Below, one piece after another: positions 38,205 to 52,149 of a stretch of DNA of 64,000 bases. The number at the start of each line of letters is the position of its first letter. Within the stretch, counting starts at the first letter, position 1. The notes beneath the pieces were generated by a model that was not told where the DNA came from, made no database searches, and worked only from the letters and a program-made list of their open reading frames with translations. Origin of the DNA: Tubulanus polymorphus (taxonomy: Eukaryota > Animalia > Nemertea); NCBI RefSeq assembly GCF_964204645.1, contig NC_134032.1:14992275-15056274 (forward strand), in the 5' to 3' direction. Made by a program: the position numbers and the translations under genes.

Positions 38205-39031
38205 ACTTGTGTGTTGACAACTGACTGACAATTGTGTGTTGAAAACTGGGTTACTCTTGAGTGTTGATAACTGACTGACACTTGCGTGTTGACAACTGGG
38301 TTACTCCTGGGTGTTGAAAACTGGGTTACTCCTGCGTGTTGAAAACTGGGTTACTCCTGGGTGTTGACGTCTAACTGACACTTGTGTGTTGAAAACTGGG
38401 TTACTCCTGGGTGTTGAAAACTGACTGACACTTGCGTGTTGACAACTGGGTTACTCCTGGGTGTTGAAAACTGGGTTACTCCTGCGTGTTGAAAACTGGG
38501 TTACTCCTGCGTGTTGAAAACTGGGTTACTCCTGCGTGTTGAAAACTGGGTTACTCCTGCCTGTTGAAAACTGGGTTACTCCTGCGTGTTGACTTCTAAC
38601 TGACACTTGTGTGTTGAAAATTGGGTTCCTCCTGGGTGTTGAAAACTGACTGACACTTGCGTGTTGACAACTGGGTTACTCCTGGGTGTTGAAAACTGAC
38701 TGACACTTGCGTGTTGACAACTGGGTTACTCCTGGGTGTTGAAAACTGACTGACACTTGTGTGTTGAAAACTGGGTTACTCCTGGGTGTTGAAAACTGGG
38801 TTATCCTGCCTGTTGAAAACTGGGTTACTCGTGCGTGTTGAAAACTGGGTTACTCCTGCGTGTTGACAACTGGGTTACTCCTGCGTGTTGAAAACTGGGT
38901 TACTCCTGCGTGTTGACAACTGGGTTACTCCTGCGTGTTGAAAACTGGGTTACTCCTGCGTGTTGACAACTGGGTTACTCCTGCGTGTTGACAACTGGGT
39001 TACTCCTGCGTGTTGACAACTGGGTTACTCA
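38205..39031. repeat. 25-bp minisatellite
   Basis: gttgaaaactgggttactcctgcgt units. Confidence 0.95.
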
Positions 39032-39318
39032 CTTGGCCGAATATGTGTCCAAGTTCATGCAGATTTACCATCTTCTTGCAATTCCCCAGCATCAGGTAAT
39101 CCTACCTTTTAAATGGCTCGTTGGAGAGTCCCTTGCCAAACCTTTTGTTCAGGATGGTCGTTAGTTCGAGGATAGTTTGACTGCCTTCAAAGTTTATCAA
39201 AACCAGGCAATTTTATTGGATTCAACCACTGTTCTTTCGAAGACCAAAACCATCGCTGGCCTCCGTATCCATAACAGTTGCTAATTGAGTCTTAGTGTTT
39301 CCCCCTTTCCTTACCATC

Positions 39319-42300
39319 TTGAAATGTCGAGTATAAATATTACATAAACTGATTTATTGTAAGTGATGACACTTGTTTCATTGCTGCTGGTTACTGCTCT
39401 ATGTTTATTGATTGACTACAAGGTGATATTGAGTCTTTGAGTGCTTTCCTTTTCATGCCTTCTTGAAATGTCGAGTATAAATATTACGTAAACTGATTTA
39501 TCATTAGTGAAGACACTTGTTTCATTGCTGCTGGTTACTGCTCTATGTTTATTGATTGACTACGTGGATATTGAGTCTTTGAGTGCTTTCCTTTTCATGC
39601 CTTCTTGAAATGTCGAGTAGAAATATTGCATAAACTGATTTATTGTAAGTGATGACACTTGTTTTTATTGCTGCTGGTTACTGCTCTATGTTTATTGATT
39701 GACTCCGGTGATATTGAGTCTTTGAGTGCTTTCCTTTTCATGCCTTCTTGAAATGACGAGTATAAATATTACATAAACTGATTTATTCTAAGTGAAGACA
39801 CTTGTTTCATTGCTGCTGGTTACTGCTCTATGTTTATCGATTTACTACGGTGATATTGAGTCTTTGAGTGCTTTCCTTTTCATGCCTTCTTGAAATGTCG
39901 AGTATAAATATTACATAAACTGCTTTATTCTAAGTGATGACACTTGTTTCATTGCTGCTGGTTACTGCTCTATGTTTATTGATTGACTCCGGTGATATTG
40001 AGTCTTTGAGTGCTTTCCTTTTCATGCCTTCTTGAAATGTCGAGTATAAATATTACATAAACTGATTTATTCTAAGTGATGACACTTGTTTCATTGCTGC
40101 TGGTTACTGCTCGATGTTTATCGATTGACTCCGGTGATATTGAGTCTTTGAGTGCTTTCCTTTTCATGCCTTCTTGAAATGTCGAGTATAAATATTACAT
40201 AAACTGATTTATTCTAAGTGATGACACTTGTTTCATTGCTGCTGGTTACTGCTCTATGTTTATCGATTTACTACGGTGATATTGAGTCTGAGTGCTTTCC
40301 TTTTCATGCCTTCTTGAGATGTCGAGTATAAATATTACATAAACTGCTTTATTCTAAGTGATGACACTTGTTTCATTGCTGCTGGTTACTGCTCTATGTT
40401 TATCGATTGACTCCGGTGATATTGAGTCTTTGAGTGCTTTCCTTTTCATGCCTTCTTGAGATGTCGAGTATAAATATTACATAAACTGCTTTATTCTAAG
40501 TGATGACACTTGTTTCATTGCTGCTGGTTACTGCTCTATGTTTATTGATTGACTACGGTGATATTGAGTCTTTGAGTCCTTTACTTTTCATGCCTTCTTG
40601 AAATGTCGAGTAGAAATATTACATAAACTGATTTATTGTTAGTGATGACACTTGTTTCATTGCTGCTGGTTACTGCTCTATGTTTATTGATTGACTCCGG
40701 TGATATTGAGTCTTTGAGTGCTTTCCTTTTCATGCCTTCTAGAAATGACGATAACAAATATTGCATAAACTGATTTATTCTAAGTAAGACACTTGTTTCA
40801 TTGCTGCTGGTTACTGCTCTATGTTTATTGATTGACTCCGGTGATATTGAGTCTTTGAGTGCTTTCCTTTTCATGCCTTCTTGAAATTTCGAGTATAAAT
40901 ATTAGATAAACTGATTTATTGTAAGTGATGACACTTGTTTCATTGCTGCTGGTTACTGCTCTATGTTTATTGATTGACTCCGGTGATATTGAGTCTTTGA
41001 GTGCTTTCCTTTTCATGCCTTCTTGAGATGTCGAGTATAAATATTACATAAACTGATTTATTCTAAGTGATGACACTTGTTTCATTGCTGCTGGTTACTG
41101 CTCTATGTTTATCGATTGACTACGGTGATATTGAGTCTTTGAGTCCTTTACTTTTCATGCCTTCTTGAAATGTCGAGTATAAATATTACATAAACTGTTT
41201 ATTGTAAGTGATGACACTTGTTTCATTGCTGCTGGTTACTGCTCTATGTTTATCGATTGACTACGGTGATATTGAGTCTTTGAGTGCTTTCCTTTTCATG
41301 CCTTCTTAAAATGTCGAGTATGAATATTGCATAAACTGATTGATTTTAAGTGAAGACACTTGTTTCATTGCTGCTGGTTACTGCTCTATGTTTATCGATT
41401 GACTACGGCGGATATTGAGTCTTTGAGTCCTTTTCTTTTCATGCCTTCTTGAGATGTCGAGTACAAATATTACATAAACTGATTTATTGTAAGTGATGAC
41501 ACTTGTTTCATTGCTGCTGGTTACTGCTCTATGTTTATCGTTTGACTCCGGTGATATTGAGTCTTTGAGTGCTTTCCTTTTCATGCCTTCTTGAAATGTC
41601 GAGTATAAATATTACATAAACTGATTTATTGTTAGTGATGACACTTGTTTCATTGCTGCTGGTTACTGCTCTATGTTTATCGATTTACTACGGTGATATT
41701 GAGTCTTTGAGTCCTTTTCTTTTCATGCCTTCTTGAAATGATGAGTACAAATATTACATAAACTGATTTATTGTAAGTGATGACACTTGTTTCATTGCTG
41801 CTGGTTACTGCTCTATGTTTATTGATTGACTACGTGGATATTGAGTCTTTGAGTGCTTTCCTTTTCATGCCTTCTTGAAATGTCGAGTACAAATATTACA
41901 TAAACTGATTTATTGTTAGTGATGACACTTGTTTCATTGCTGCTGGTTACTGCTCTATGTTTATCGATTAACTACGCGGATATTGAGTCTTTGAGTCCTT
42001 TTCTTTTCATGCCTTCTTGAAATGACGAGTATAAATATTACATAAACTGATTTATTCTAAGTGATGACACTTGTTTCATTGCTGCTGGTTACTGCTCTAT
42101 GTTTATTGATTGACTACAAGGTGATATTGAGTCTTTGAGTGCTTTCCTTTTCATGCCTTCTTGAAATGTCGAGTATGAATATTGCATAAACTGATTTTTT
42201 AAGTGAAGACACTTGTTTCATTGCTGCTGGTTACTGCTCTATGTTTATTGATTGACTCCGGTGATATTGAGTCTTTGAGTGCTTTCCTTTTCATGCTTTC

Positions 42301-42450
42301 TTGAGATGTCGAGTATAAATTACATAAACTGATTTATTCTAAGTGATGACACTTGTTTCATTGCTGCTGGTTACTGCTCTATGTTTATCGATTGACTCCG
42401 GTGATATTGAGTCTTTGAATCCTTTCCTTTTCATGCCTTCTTAAAATGTC
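39319..42450. repeat. 142-bp satellite, ~22 copies
   Basis: ttgaaatgtcgagtataaat..ttgctgctggttactgct..cttttcatgcc units. Confidence 0.97.
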
Positions 42451-43759
42451 AAGCATTTTCATTGAGGAAAAACTCTGATGCTGATTTTTGTGTTGTTTTT
42501 GTGCATATTACTTCACTGCTTGTGGAGTAAAATAGGTTCTTAGGTTCTATCAGGTCTGACCATGCTGAACCTGAGGTTACAAAGCTTAAAACTATTGAAG
42601 TTGATTCTTTCCAGGTTGAATCGCTGTAAAATAGATGATCGCGATCATCGTGAATCGCGAAAACAGTTGACATCTCACTTTACACCTGATGTCTCTCACT
42701 AAAGCACTTGCACTGAGCATGCGTCCATTCACTAAAGCACTTGCATGAAATGGCACTAAAAACATGAAGACACCCGCGGGTTCATTGAGGTAAAATGTTA
42801 GCTGTTTGTGACATTCGTGTTATTATTGTTTGTCATGGAAAAAAACAATTAATTGTAAATGAAAATATAAACAATGTAAACAAGAGCTCAGAGAAAACAA
42901 TGAAATGTAAAGATATCATTGTTGAATATAAGAAAGTCCAGAGAAAAGGAAGTTGGCAGTTTACAGAGATGCTTCCAATTCAAGAGTTTACTATAAGTTC
43001 CACCAGAACAAGCATCAGTCATATGTCTGAGTTTGACTATAAATCAGGTATAATTGAAACACAATTTCTAAGAAGGAGGGGTCTCAAAAATGAAGATAGT
43101 AATTCATATTTCATGTTTTGTTGTTGTAGGAAGGCGAAGAGATTTCTGTCATTAGACATGCCTTACCGCAGAAAGTGGAAACGCCTTAACGGAGATATCA
43201 ATTTGAAGATATCATTGTCAAAAGTCCAGAGAAAAAGGAAGTTGGCAGTTTAGAGAGATGCTACCAATTCAAGAGCACAGTTTACTATAAGTTCCACCAG
43301 AACAAGGATCAGTCATACATCTGAATTTGACTATAAATCAGGTATAATTGAAACACAATTTCTAAATAGGAAGGATCTCAAAAATGAAGACGGTAATTTA
43401 TATTTCATGTTTTATCATTGTAGAAAGGTTTCTGTCGTTACCAGAACAAAGTTACAGAGGACAAATCAAGTCATTTGTCTGAAATGACTCTAAATCAGGT
43501 AAATATTAGAATTGTATTCATAATGTTTTCAAGTTTAAAAAATGATGATTTATTCATATTTAACATGAACATTAGTCTGAACTGACTATGAATCATGTAT
43601 AAATTGTAATTGTTAAATGACATGTTAATGATTTATTGACTGTTGAAAATATCCTTAATATTTGATGTTTAATTTGTCTTCTAGGTTAAAATGTTTGAAG
43701 TCATGTTGAATTTGTAAGATTCAGATGGCTACATTAGGAGGCTGGAACTTGGAGAATCT

Positions 43760-44090
43760 ATTCGCTATTCCGTCTTCTGGAGATACATTCGCATGTTCAG
43801 ACTACTGGAGAATACATTCTCGTGTTCAGACTTCAGGAGAATACATTCGCGTGTTTGGACTACTGGAGAATTCATTCCCGCGTGTCCGCACTTCAGGAGA
43901 ATACATTCGCGTGTTCGGACTACTGGAGAATTCATTCCCGCGTGTCCGCACTTCAGGAGAATACATTCGCGTGTTCGGACTACTGGAGAATTCATTCCCG
44001 CGTGTCCGCACTTCAGGAGAATACATTCGCGTGTTCGGACTACTGGAGAATTCATTCCCGCGTGTCCGCACTTCTGGAGAATTCTTTCTC
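43760..44090. repeat. 60-bp (2x30) tandem repeat
   Basis: The sequence lines repeat with a 60-bp period. Confidence 0.95.
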
Positions 44091-47000
44091 ACATACGGAC
44101 ATCTTGTTTTGGGTGTGTCCTATGTCTGTGTTTGTTTATTACGACTTTGCGTTTTATCTTTTGTAAATAATTTTGTAAATAAATTCCTGCGTGTTTGCAC
44201 TACTTGAGAATTCATTACCGCATTTTTGGACTTCTGGAGAATCCTTTTGCATATTCGGACATCTTGTTTTGGTTGTGTCCTGGTCTTGACTTATGTCTGT
44301 GTTTGTTTATTTCGACTTTGCGTTTTATCTTTTGTAAATAAATGAGGTGTTGTATTTCACTGTTGAGGATGTAAAACTCAGATATTGACTTCATGCATCG
44401 AGGATATTCATAGACTGAGTACTGTTCACTGCTGCAGAGACTCATTCTATCTGTAATCGGAGTCACGACTTCTTGGGAATTCTTTTGTTTGACTTGAACA
44501 ACTTGTATCCGATAATGTTCAATTATATTATTATTTTGTTCTAATGAAAGTAAAACTGTTTAAATATCTTAGATCGTTTTATAAGTGTTGATGATGTTGT
44601 TTTGTGATGGAACTGATAATGTGCAGCACTCGGTTCCATAGTGTGTATTGTAACATGTTGTTAAGACTTTGCGTCTTCCCCTTGATTCATTCATTTTAAT
44701 TTCGGTCTATTTTTGTTTACTTGCGTTTTATGTTTGCGATTTAATAATTTTGCTGTAGTAAATTTCTATAAACTGATTTGTTTATGTTGTATCTCATTCT
44801 TGTTTTCCATCTGTTTGTGTTAATTACGTTTGATTTCTTCATTTTGATTTCTGTCTCTTGTGTTTTTATAAGTTGTGACTTTGCCTTAACTTGTTTATTT
44901 TTTTGTAAATGAATATTTATTTCATCTCATTGTTTGGGAAAGACAAAATTCGAACCGGTGATCAACCCGTGTGGTACAGAACATGCGGCATTCTTTACAA
45001 CCAGAGCAGACCTGATGCTGAATAGAGGATGTATAGGGGTGTCCCAGGTTCAAACCCAGTTATTACTGACACTGATTCAGAGTGGTCCTGATGCTGAATA
45101 GAGGATGGACAGGGGTGCCCCGAGTTCGAACCCAGTTATTACTGACACTGATTCAGAGTGGTCCTGATGGATGCTGAATAGAGGATGTACAGGGGTGTCC
45201 CAGGTGTGAACCCAGTAATTACTGACACTGATTCAGAGTGGTCCTGATGCTGAATAGAGGATGTACAGGGGTGTCCCAGGTTCGAACCCAGTAATAACTG
45301 CAATGATTCAGAGTGATCCTGATGCTGTATAGAGGATGTACAGGGGTGTCCCAGGTGTGAACCCAGTTTTTACTGACACTAAATCTGAGAGGTCCTGATG
45401 CTGAATAGAGGATGTCTAAGGGTGCCCCAGGTTGGAATCCAGTTATTACTGACACTTATTCAGAGTGGTCCTGATGCTGAATAGAGGATGTACAGGGTGT
45501 CCCGAACCCAGTATTTAATGACACTGAATCTGAGAGGTCCTGATGCTGAATAGAGGGTGCACCGGGTTGGAACCCGGACTATTAGTTCTGATTCCGAGTG
45601 GTCATGATGCTGATTAAAGGACATAGGTGAGTCGAATACGATTATTTATTACACTCCAACAATTTCCATGGAGGAAAAACAGTGGTATTTAACAATCATT
45701 TTCAAAAACAGGAAATAAAAATATTTCAAAACATAAATATTTAGCCAGTTTAAAAGTTGGATTTTTAAACATCAAGATTCCGAAAGGTATTTGAATTTAA
45801 GTAGTTTTTACGGAATTCAGGAAGTTACAGTAAAAAATGAAATGTAGTTCATCTCGCCTAAAACGTTACAGATGGGGCATAATCTATCGGTTCTCGGTAG
45901 ATGGAGATTTGACAATTTATTTACAGGTAGAGATAAGACCCAATCCTGAACTGAAATAAGCTGGTTACCAAATCACGGCCGTACGGTGCTGCCGCTATGT
46001 TCATCGTTAGCGGGATTTTCATACACTAACACAAGTCAACTCTGGCAATCGAAGTGCTGTCCAGTTATACACCGTGACCCTAGCATGCCAGAGTAGACTT
46101 ACCCTTAGTTTATGAAAATCTCGCTAACATTGAGCGTTGCGGCAGCACCGTACGGTGAAATATTGATATCTTAAAAGTAATTACTGTTCAGAGTGGTACT
46201 GATGTTGGAAAGAAGGTGTCCCGGGTTCGAATCAAATAATTACTGACACTGATTAAGAGTAGTCCTGGTGCAATGCAATGCAAATGTAATAATCGCAGTG
46301 CATTATTGGTATGTAGAGGATACAATATTTCATACAAAAATTTTCAAAATTGAAAAAATAAAAATCAACAATACCTGCATATAAACAAGAGATTAACGTA
46401 TTGCATCAAGAGAAACATTTGAGCATTTTGAGACCAACGTTAATAATAAATCTAGCTAACTTGAATGATACTGATGAATTCACAGAGTTTAGCATTTTAG
46501 CAGTATTTGGTCTATTTGAAAAGTATCAACGATTGCCGGATGTTACAAAGTTTGTTACATTGATATAAAAGATGAAATTCATCACCTATTTCGTTTGTAT
46601 TATTACAATGTGAGCAAAATCGCTCACTTCTAGGAATATCTCTGTTCCTACATTCATCTCTAAATCAGTCCAACAAGATACAAATAGTTCTCTTCTATAT
46701 AAGGCATTCGATTGTTATTAGAGTTGAGTAATTTCCAGATTTCTTCGGGTCTTTCATGTCACGTCATGATCTAATTAGTTCATCAATAAATTCGTTATCT
46801 GCCGTCTCTTATGTTTATTCATAGGTTTGTTTATATATTTTCCTTGGTCACTATAAGTATCTTAGTATATTATCACCAAGAAGTTTCTTTGTATTGTGAT
46901 TTTTTCAATTAGATTCTGGAAATTTACTTCGTTGATTGATATTCCCAGGGATGTACAGCGTTCGCCATCTATCGGATTTTCATTAAACTACACAATTTGT

Positions 47001-47124
47001 ACACCTTGATATAATTATGTAGTTTAAAATGCACATTCTCAAACTCGCCATCTATCGGAATATATAATTATTATTTTATAAACAACCGAGTGATTACTGA
47101 TACACCGTCTGGCTGCGATTAATG

Positions 47125-47372
47125 CAGGTTTAGTTAGTTACCTAATCGTTGGTGGTAAGCTTTTTATGATCGGATGGGCTCATACCAACGGTGTGGATGG
47201 TATTAAACCATATGTGGTTTGTGAAAATATCCGACCGTGAAACTAAACCACAGTCCACAGTCAGACTAACCATCTTCACCCGTCAAGGGATTCGAACCCA
47301 CTACGCTAAAGCTGTTCGCCGAACTGGTGGAAGCGAGGGCGGGAGCGATACCGGACCACTGGCAAGCGAGGA
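47125..47372 (-). mobile_element. tRNA-derived SINE
   Basis: Minus strand has a tRNA-like head with GGTTCGAATCCC B-box and ends in a (TAAC)n tail. Confidence 0.6.
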
Positions 47373-47606
47373 TGGTTACTAACTAGTGCAGAATTGGACA
47401 GGCGACCACTCCGTACAAATGATGGCTCCATCCTTGGCCCACAAAAAAGCGACTGCACTAACAGGAATATCTTTAAAATATTTTTCTTATTCTCTCATTC
47501 TAAATTATTTTATTGTTCAGATGCCGTTAAATAAACATTGAATTGAATTGCAAATAGCATTGAATATTTGCATATTTATTTGGTTTCGATGGTTAATGCG
47601 AGACGC

Positions 47607-47690
47607 CGCGTGTTGATTGGTTGAGGTTGGTGCGGGCTGCTATACGCTGACTTGGCGTGGTCAGAATGAATCATTCATTTCATAGATGAC
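47607..47690 (+). promoter_or_regulatory. CCAAT-box/Inr promoter-like block; inverted paralog at 50775-50854 (-)
   Basis: cgcgtgttgattggttgagg(t/c)tggtgcggg, then ggtcag..gaatcattc(a/g)tttca(t/c)aga in both copies. Confidence 0.45.
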
Positions 47691-48715
47691 ATTGGTCATT
47701 GGAGGAGTAACGTTCATAATTTTCGTATAACTTCTGCGTAAGTACGTATTGTTTAGGCCTCTAATGAATGTTTTACTGTGGTGATACCCCAGCGCACTTA
47801 GTCTAGTACCTAATGTCTATTTCAACTTGACTTCAGAGCATATCAAGTGGCCTAGCTCAGTCAGTTTTGGTGGTACATACCTGATAGAAGTCTTAATAGG
47901 ACCAGAAAGGACTGGCAGTCGTTCGGTAGGGAATTTGTAACAACGACTGTTATTCGGACTACACAGCGCACTTGGCCTAGCCATGGGCGAACTTCGGTTT
48001 TCGTAGTTAGTCGACTAGTGGTTGGAACTAATAACCGAACACACTTTAGTTCGGTCGTAACGTATTTCACAGTGTCGGCCATCCTGAACCTAGGTCCGAA
48101 CTGTAGCGACTGTGCTCAATTGCGTGGTCGACCATTTCCGGACCATAGTTCCGACTAACGGACATTCGGTTTCATTTTGTTCGACTAACTCCGATAACCG
48201 AAGGTGGCCCATGCTAGCGGTGAAAGTGCAGATCCGCACCTCTCATGATTGACGCAATCTACTGAATTACAAATCACTGTTCTAGAAATCACAATGTTTC
48301 ATGCAGTGATTTATTTTATGATATCTTCACTAGAAAGTAAATTTTTGGCCCGGTATTTTCTCATAATTGTGACGATCTTTCAATAGGACGCCATGTTGGA
48401 TTGGGAAATCTAAAGTGAAGAAAACACAGACCGCCGAAACAAAAGAAATCACCGCAGACAAGAACCCGATGTTGTGGCTCATCCGGACGGAGACTGAGCA
48501 AGAGTCGAATGATGCAATTGCTGCAGCTCATCACAATTATCAGGTCGGATGGGATATGGGGGGAGGGTGGGATCGATGGTGATGCTCTTCATTCTCCAGT
48601 AGCGTCTCGAGCAGCATCTCGAGCAGTTACTCATTCACTTGCCAGGCAACTGCCTAGTATCCCTTTACTGAAACATGTCGTTTATAATCTATAGCCATAT
48701 GGCATGTTTTTGACC

Positions 48716-49011
48716 GCCACAGCCATATTTGCGTGTGAAATTGGCATTTTCAGACTTTGTTCCCATTCCACATTTTCTGCATAACTTGGATAATTAGGTC
48801 GAACGTGGAGATGAGACGTATTCTTTTTTTGCATGTGTAAATCATCCAAGATGGCCGCCACAGCCATATTTGTGTGTGAAATTGGCATTTCAGACTTTGT
48901 TCCCATTCCACATTTTCTGCATAACTTGGATAATTAGGTCGAACGTGGAGATGAGACGTATTCTTTTTTTGCATATGTAAATCATCCAAGATGGCCGCCA
49001 CAGCCATATTT
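48716..49011. repeat. 140-bp direct repeat, x2
   Basis: gccacagccatattt recurs every ~140 bp. Confidence 0.9.
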
Positions 49012-49751
49012 AGGTTTGAAATAGAACATTTTCCGACTCGACAGTCTGCGGTTTTCGATAAGTTTCCTCATTTTGCTTTTTAGATTTTTTCCATTCCCTG
49101 AAAATTATAGCATTTTATAACAAATTATAGACAATAGGCCTATCTTATATAGAATTGCCATTATTGATTGGGAAGGTATAAAAAAGCATAGCTTGTATTA
49201 TATACCAGCCCCACCGTCCCCCCCCCCCCCCCAAAAAAAAGTTATATAAATGTAAAGAAAAAAATATTCATCCACATTTTCATATACACTCTACAAAAAT
49301 GTACTATTTGAAAGAAAAACAACTTATTGGAAAATTCATAGGAAATTATACATAGTTCGTCTTAAATCAAATTAATAGGAAGTTCATAAACATTTTGTCT
49401 TTTGTAAAGCACAGCAATTATCTTATATAGTTCTGCACTACATATGCAAATGAATTATTATATTATCATCTTGTGCTCATTGTGGCTCCAGCTGTGACCT
49501 AGCTGATACATGGGGTGCGGGTGAGGATCCATCAAACACGCCAACCAGCTGTCTTTCTTTGGGCTGTCGATATCTGGAACTGAAAAAAATGACTTATTGC
49601 TGTGAGATGAAGGGAGTGAGTTTAACATAATCTATCCAATGCCAACTGCCTACCAACTGCCAATACTGCTTGAACGGTACTCAAGATTTCCCCCACAATA
49701 TAGACAATATTTGCCTGCATGTTTCTTAACACACAGATCAAGTCATATTAC

Positions 49752-49832
49752 TTGATTTACAAAAAGGGTCAACAGTGCGACCTTGTTCTCCTCGACCTTG
49801 ACTGATTTCAAATTGGAAAAGAAAAAAACCAT
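49752..49832 (-). pseudogene. Frameshifted paralog of the 14347 exon, MVFFFSNLKSVKVE//GRTVDPFCKS
   Basis: Codon-by-codon alignment with a 7-nt deletion and the same donor position. Confidence 0.6.
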
Positions 49833-50419
49833 CGACACGCTTGACTTGAAGCAACAATATGTCTTAGGCATTTTCTAGAAAAATAAAGAAAACTATGAAA
49901 TCATATGAAACTACATCAGACATGAGTTATGCACAGTTCAGTTGGAATGACTGTTCCCCGATTAGTTCCAGGTTGGCCTCCAGTTCTAGTTTGATGTTTT
50001 TCAGTACTGTGTGTGTTGGGTCTAAGCGATTTAACTGAATTTCATCTTTTAACCTTATCAACAGTGGGTTTGTTTTTTACTGTGGACTCTACTGGATCCA
50101 GTTCCACAGTAGGATAGATTAAATTTGACACTGGACTTACAGTTATGTTGATTTAACTCTTTAGTGGACAGGAACTGGGCCTCTTTCATTTCTGAATTCT
50201 GTTTCCCGCCCAGCATACTGGGTGTTGGCGCCTAAAAGTGCTCGCTCTGGGAGCTTATTGATGGCAGGCGATTGGAAAGGGGCCATCACCTTTGATCAAG
50301 ATTCCTAGAATGGTCTGAGCTTTAAAAAGTTAATTCGACTTCAATTTGTTATCTATAATTTGGCCGGGGTATGACGTTAAACTGCCCTGATTTTGAATTC
50401 ACTTTAGTCTATTTGGCAG

Positions 50420-50750
50420 TGTCGTAGCAGCATTTGAGAGTTGATATTTTGCAATCTCGTAGCAGCATTTGAGAGTTGATATTTTGCAATATCGTAGCAG
50501 CATTTTGAGAGTTGATATTTGGCAGTCTCGGAGCAGCATTTTGAGAGTTGATATTTTGCAATATCGTAGCAGCATTTGAGAGTTGATATTTTGCAATCTA
50601 GTAGCAGCATTTGAGAGTTGATATTTTGCAATCTAGTAGCAGCATTTGAGAGTTGATATTTTGCTATCTAGTAGCAGCATTTGAGAGTTGATATTTTGCA
50701 ATCTAGCAGCAGCATTTGAGAGTTGATATTTTGCAATCTAGCAGCAGCAC
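50420..50750. repeat. 33-bp minisatellite
   Basis: gtagcagcatttgagagttgatattttgcaatc units. Confidence 0.95.
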
Positions 50751-52149
50751 AAATGTCGATTACTCAACACGAAGTCTGTGAAACGAATGATTCGATCAGC
50801 TGACCGCTGGTCACTGTCCAGTAACCCGCACCAGCCTCAACCAATCAACACGCGTATTCATACATTTCCCATTCAAAACCAGAAATGCAGATTACCAAAG
50901 CGGAAGTAGTACCTGTAGACTGGTTACCGGTCTGTAGGTGGCGCAGAATTTGACTAGACTGGTTACCTGTCCCATTCTAATAGACTGGTTGCCTGTCCCA
51001 TTCAATATCTAATTGAAGATAAAGACCGGCAACCAGTCTATTACTTACAATTGATCACCCTCGCTTGCCAGGGTCTGATTGCCGCTCGCCGGAGCTCATG
51101 CCACTTCAGTCCCTGGCCGCAAACCCCTTATTGGTCTATGCAACTTGATGCGTTGCTGGAAGTTGGAGGATTCGTGTGCGTTGCTGGAAGTTGGAGGATT
51201 CGTGTGCGTTGCTGGTGCTTGGAGAACTATTATGCGTGCTTGTTTAGTTCTAAGTCAGTTTTTTTTCAATTCTTGTGAATTCTTAAGAAATTTAATCAAG
51301 AAATTTGATATTCGTTTAATATGTATTGTGTCCCTTCGATTTACTGATGTTGTTAACCTTGTTCACCCTGTTGACGCCCTGTTCATCCTATCCTCTATTC
51401 AGCATCAGGACCACTCTAAATCAGCATCAGTTATTTCTGGGTTCGAACCCAGAAAACGTATGCACATCCTCTATACAACATCAGGACCACTCGGAACCAG
51501 CATCAGTAATTACTGAGTTCGAACCTGGGACACCCCTGTGCATCCTCTATACAGCATCAGGACCACTCTGCATCATTACTTATTACATTTAAAAAAAACC
51601 AGTTCTATTTTTTATTCCGGTAGATGGCATATTTGACAATGTGGTCAATATCAATTACTTCTTCCATCATGATAAGCACATACAACAGATTGAGAACTTT
51701 CAGAAGTTTTTCAATTGCATCTTACGACAAACTAGAACCGGAACTTTAACAAGTTTTTTTTTTCAAATGCATCATATACGACAGTTTGAGAACTATAAGT
51801 TCTTTGAATTGCATCTTACGACAGACTAGAACTTTTACAAGTTCTTTTTTCAAATGCATCATATACGACAGTTTGAGAACTTTAATAAGAACTTTGAGAA
51901 CTTTAGTCGTGGAACACGTCCATGCCGGGCCACCTCGCCGATATCACATTGTCTTAGGAATTTTTTTACAAAACTTAAAAGAAAACTATTAAATCATATG
52001 ATAATACAATATTATATCGGACATGATGGGCCTCCACTAAAGTCCACCATTCTGGCTTGCCAGATTTCATTTTCCTTTTTTACAAAATTATCTGATTCTG
52101 TTTATTTTTTCAAAATGAATTACCATGAAAGCAGTAAATTTGAACTTAC

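Noticed and set aside
40581-41584. MKRKALKDSISPES ORFs as genes
   Set aside because: The 142-bp unit shifts frame every copy, so the ORFs are fragments of the satellite.
47260-47372. Functional tRNA gene
   Set aside because: No proper acceptor stem, and it is followed by a body and simple-repeat tail as in a SINE.
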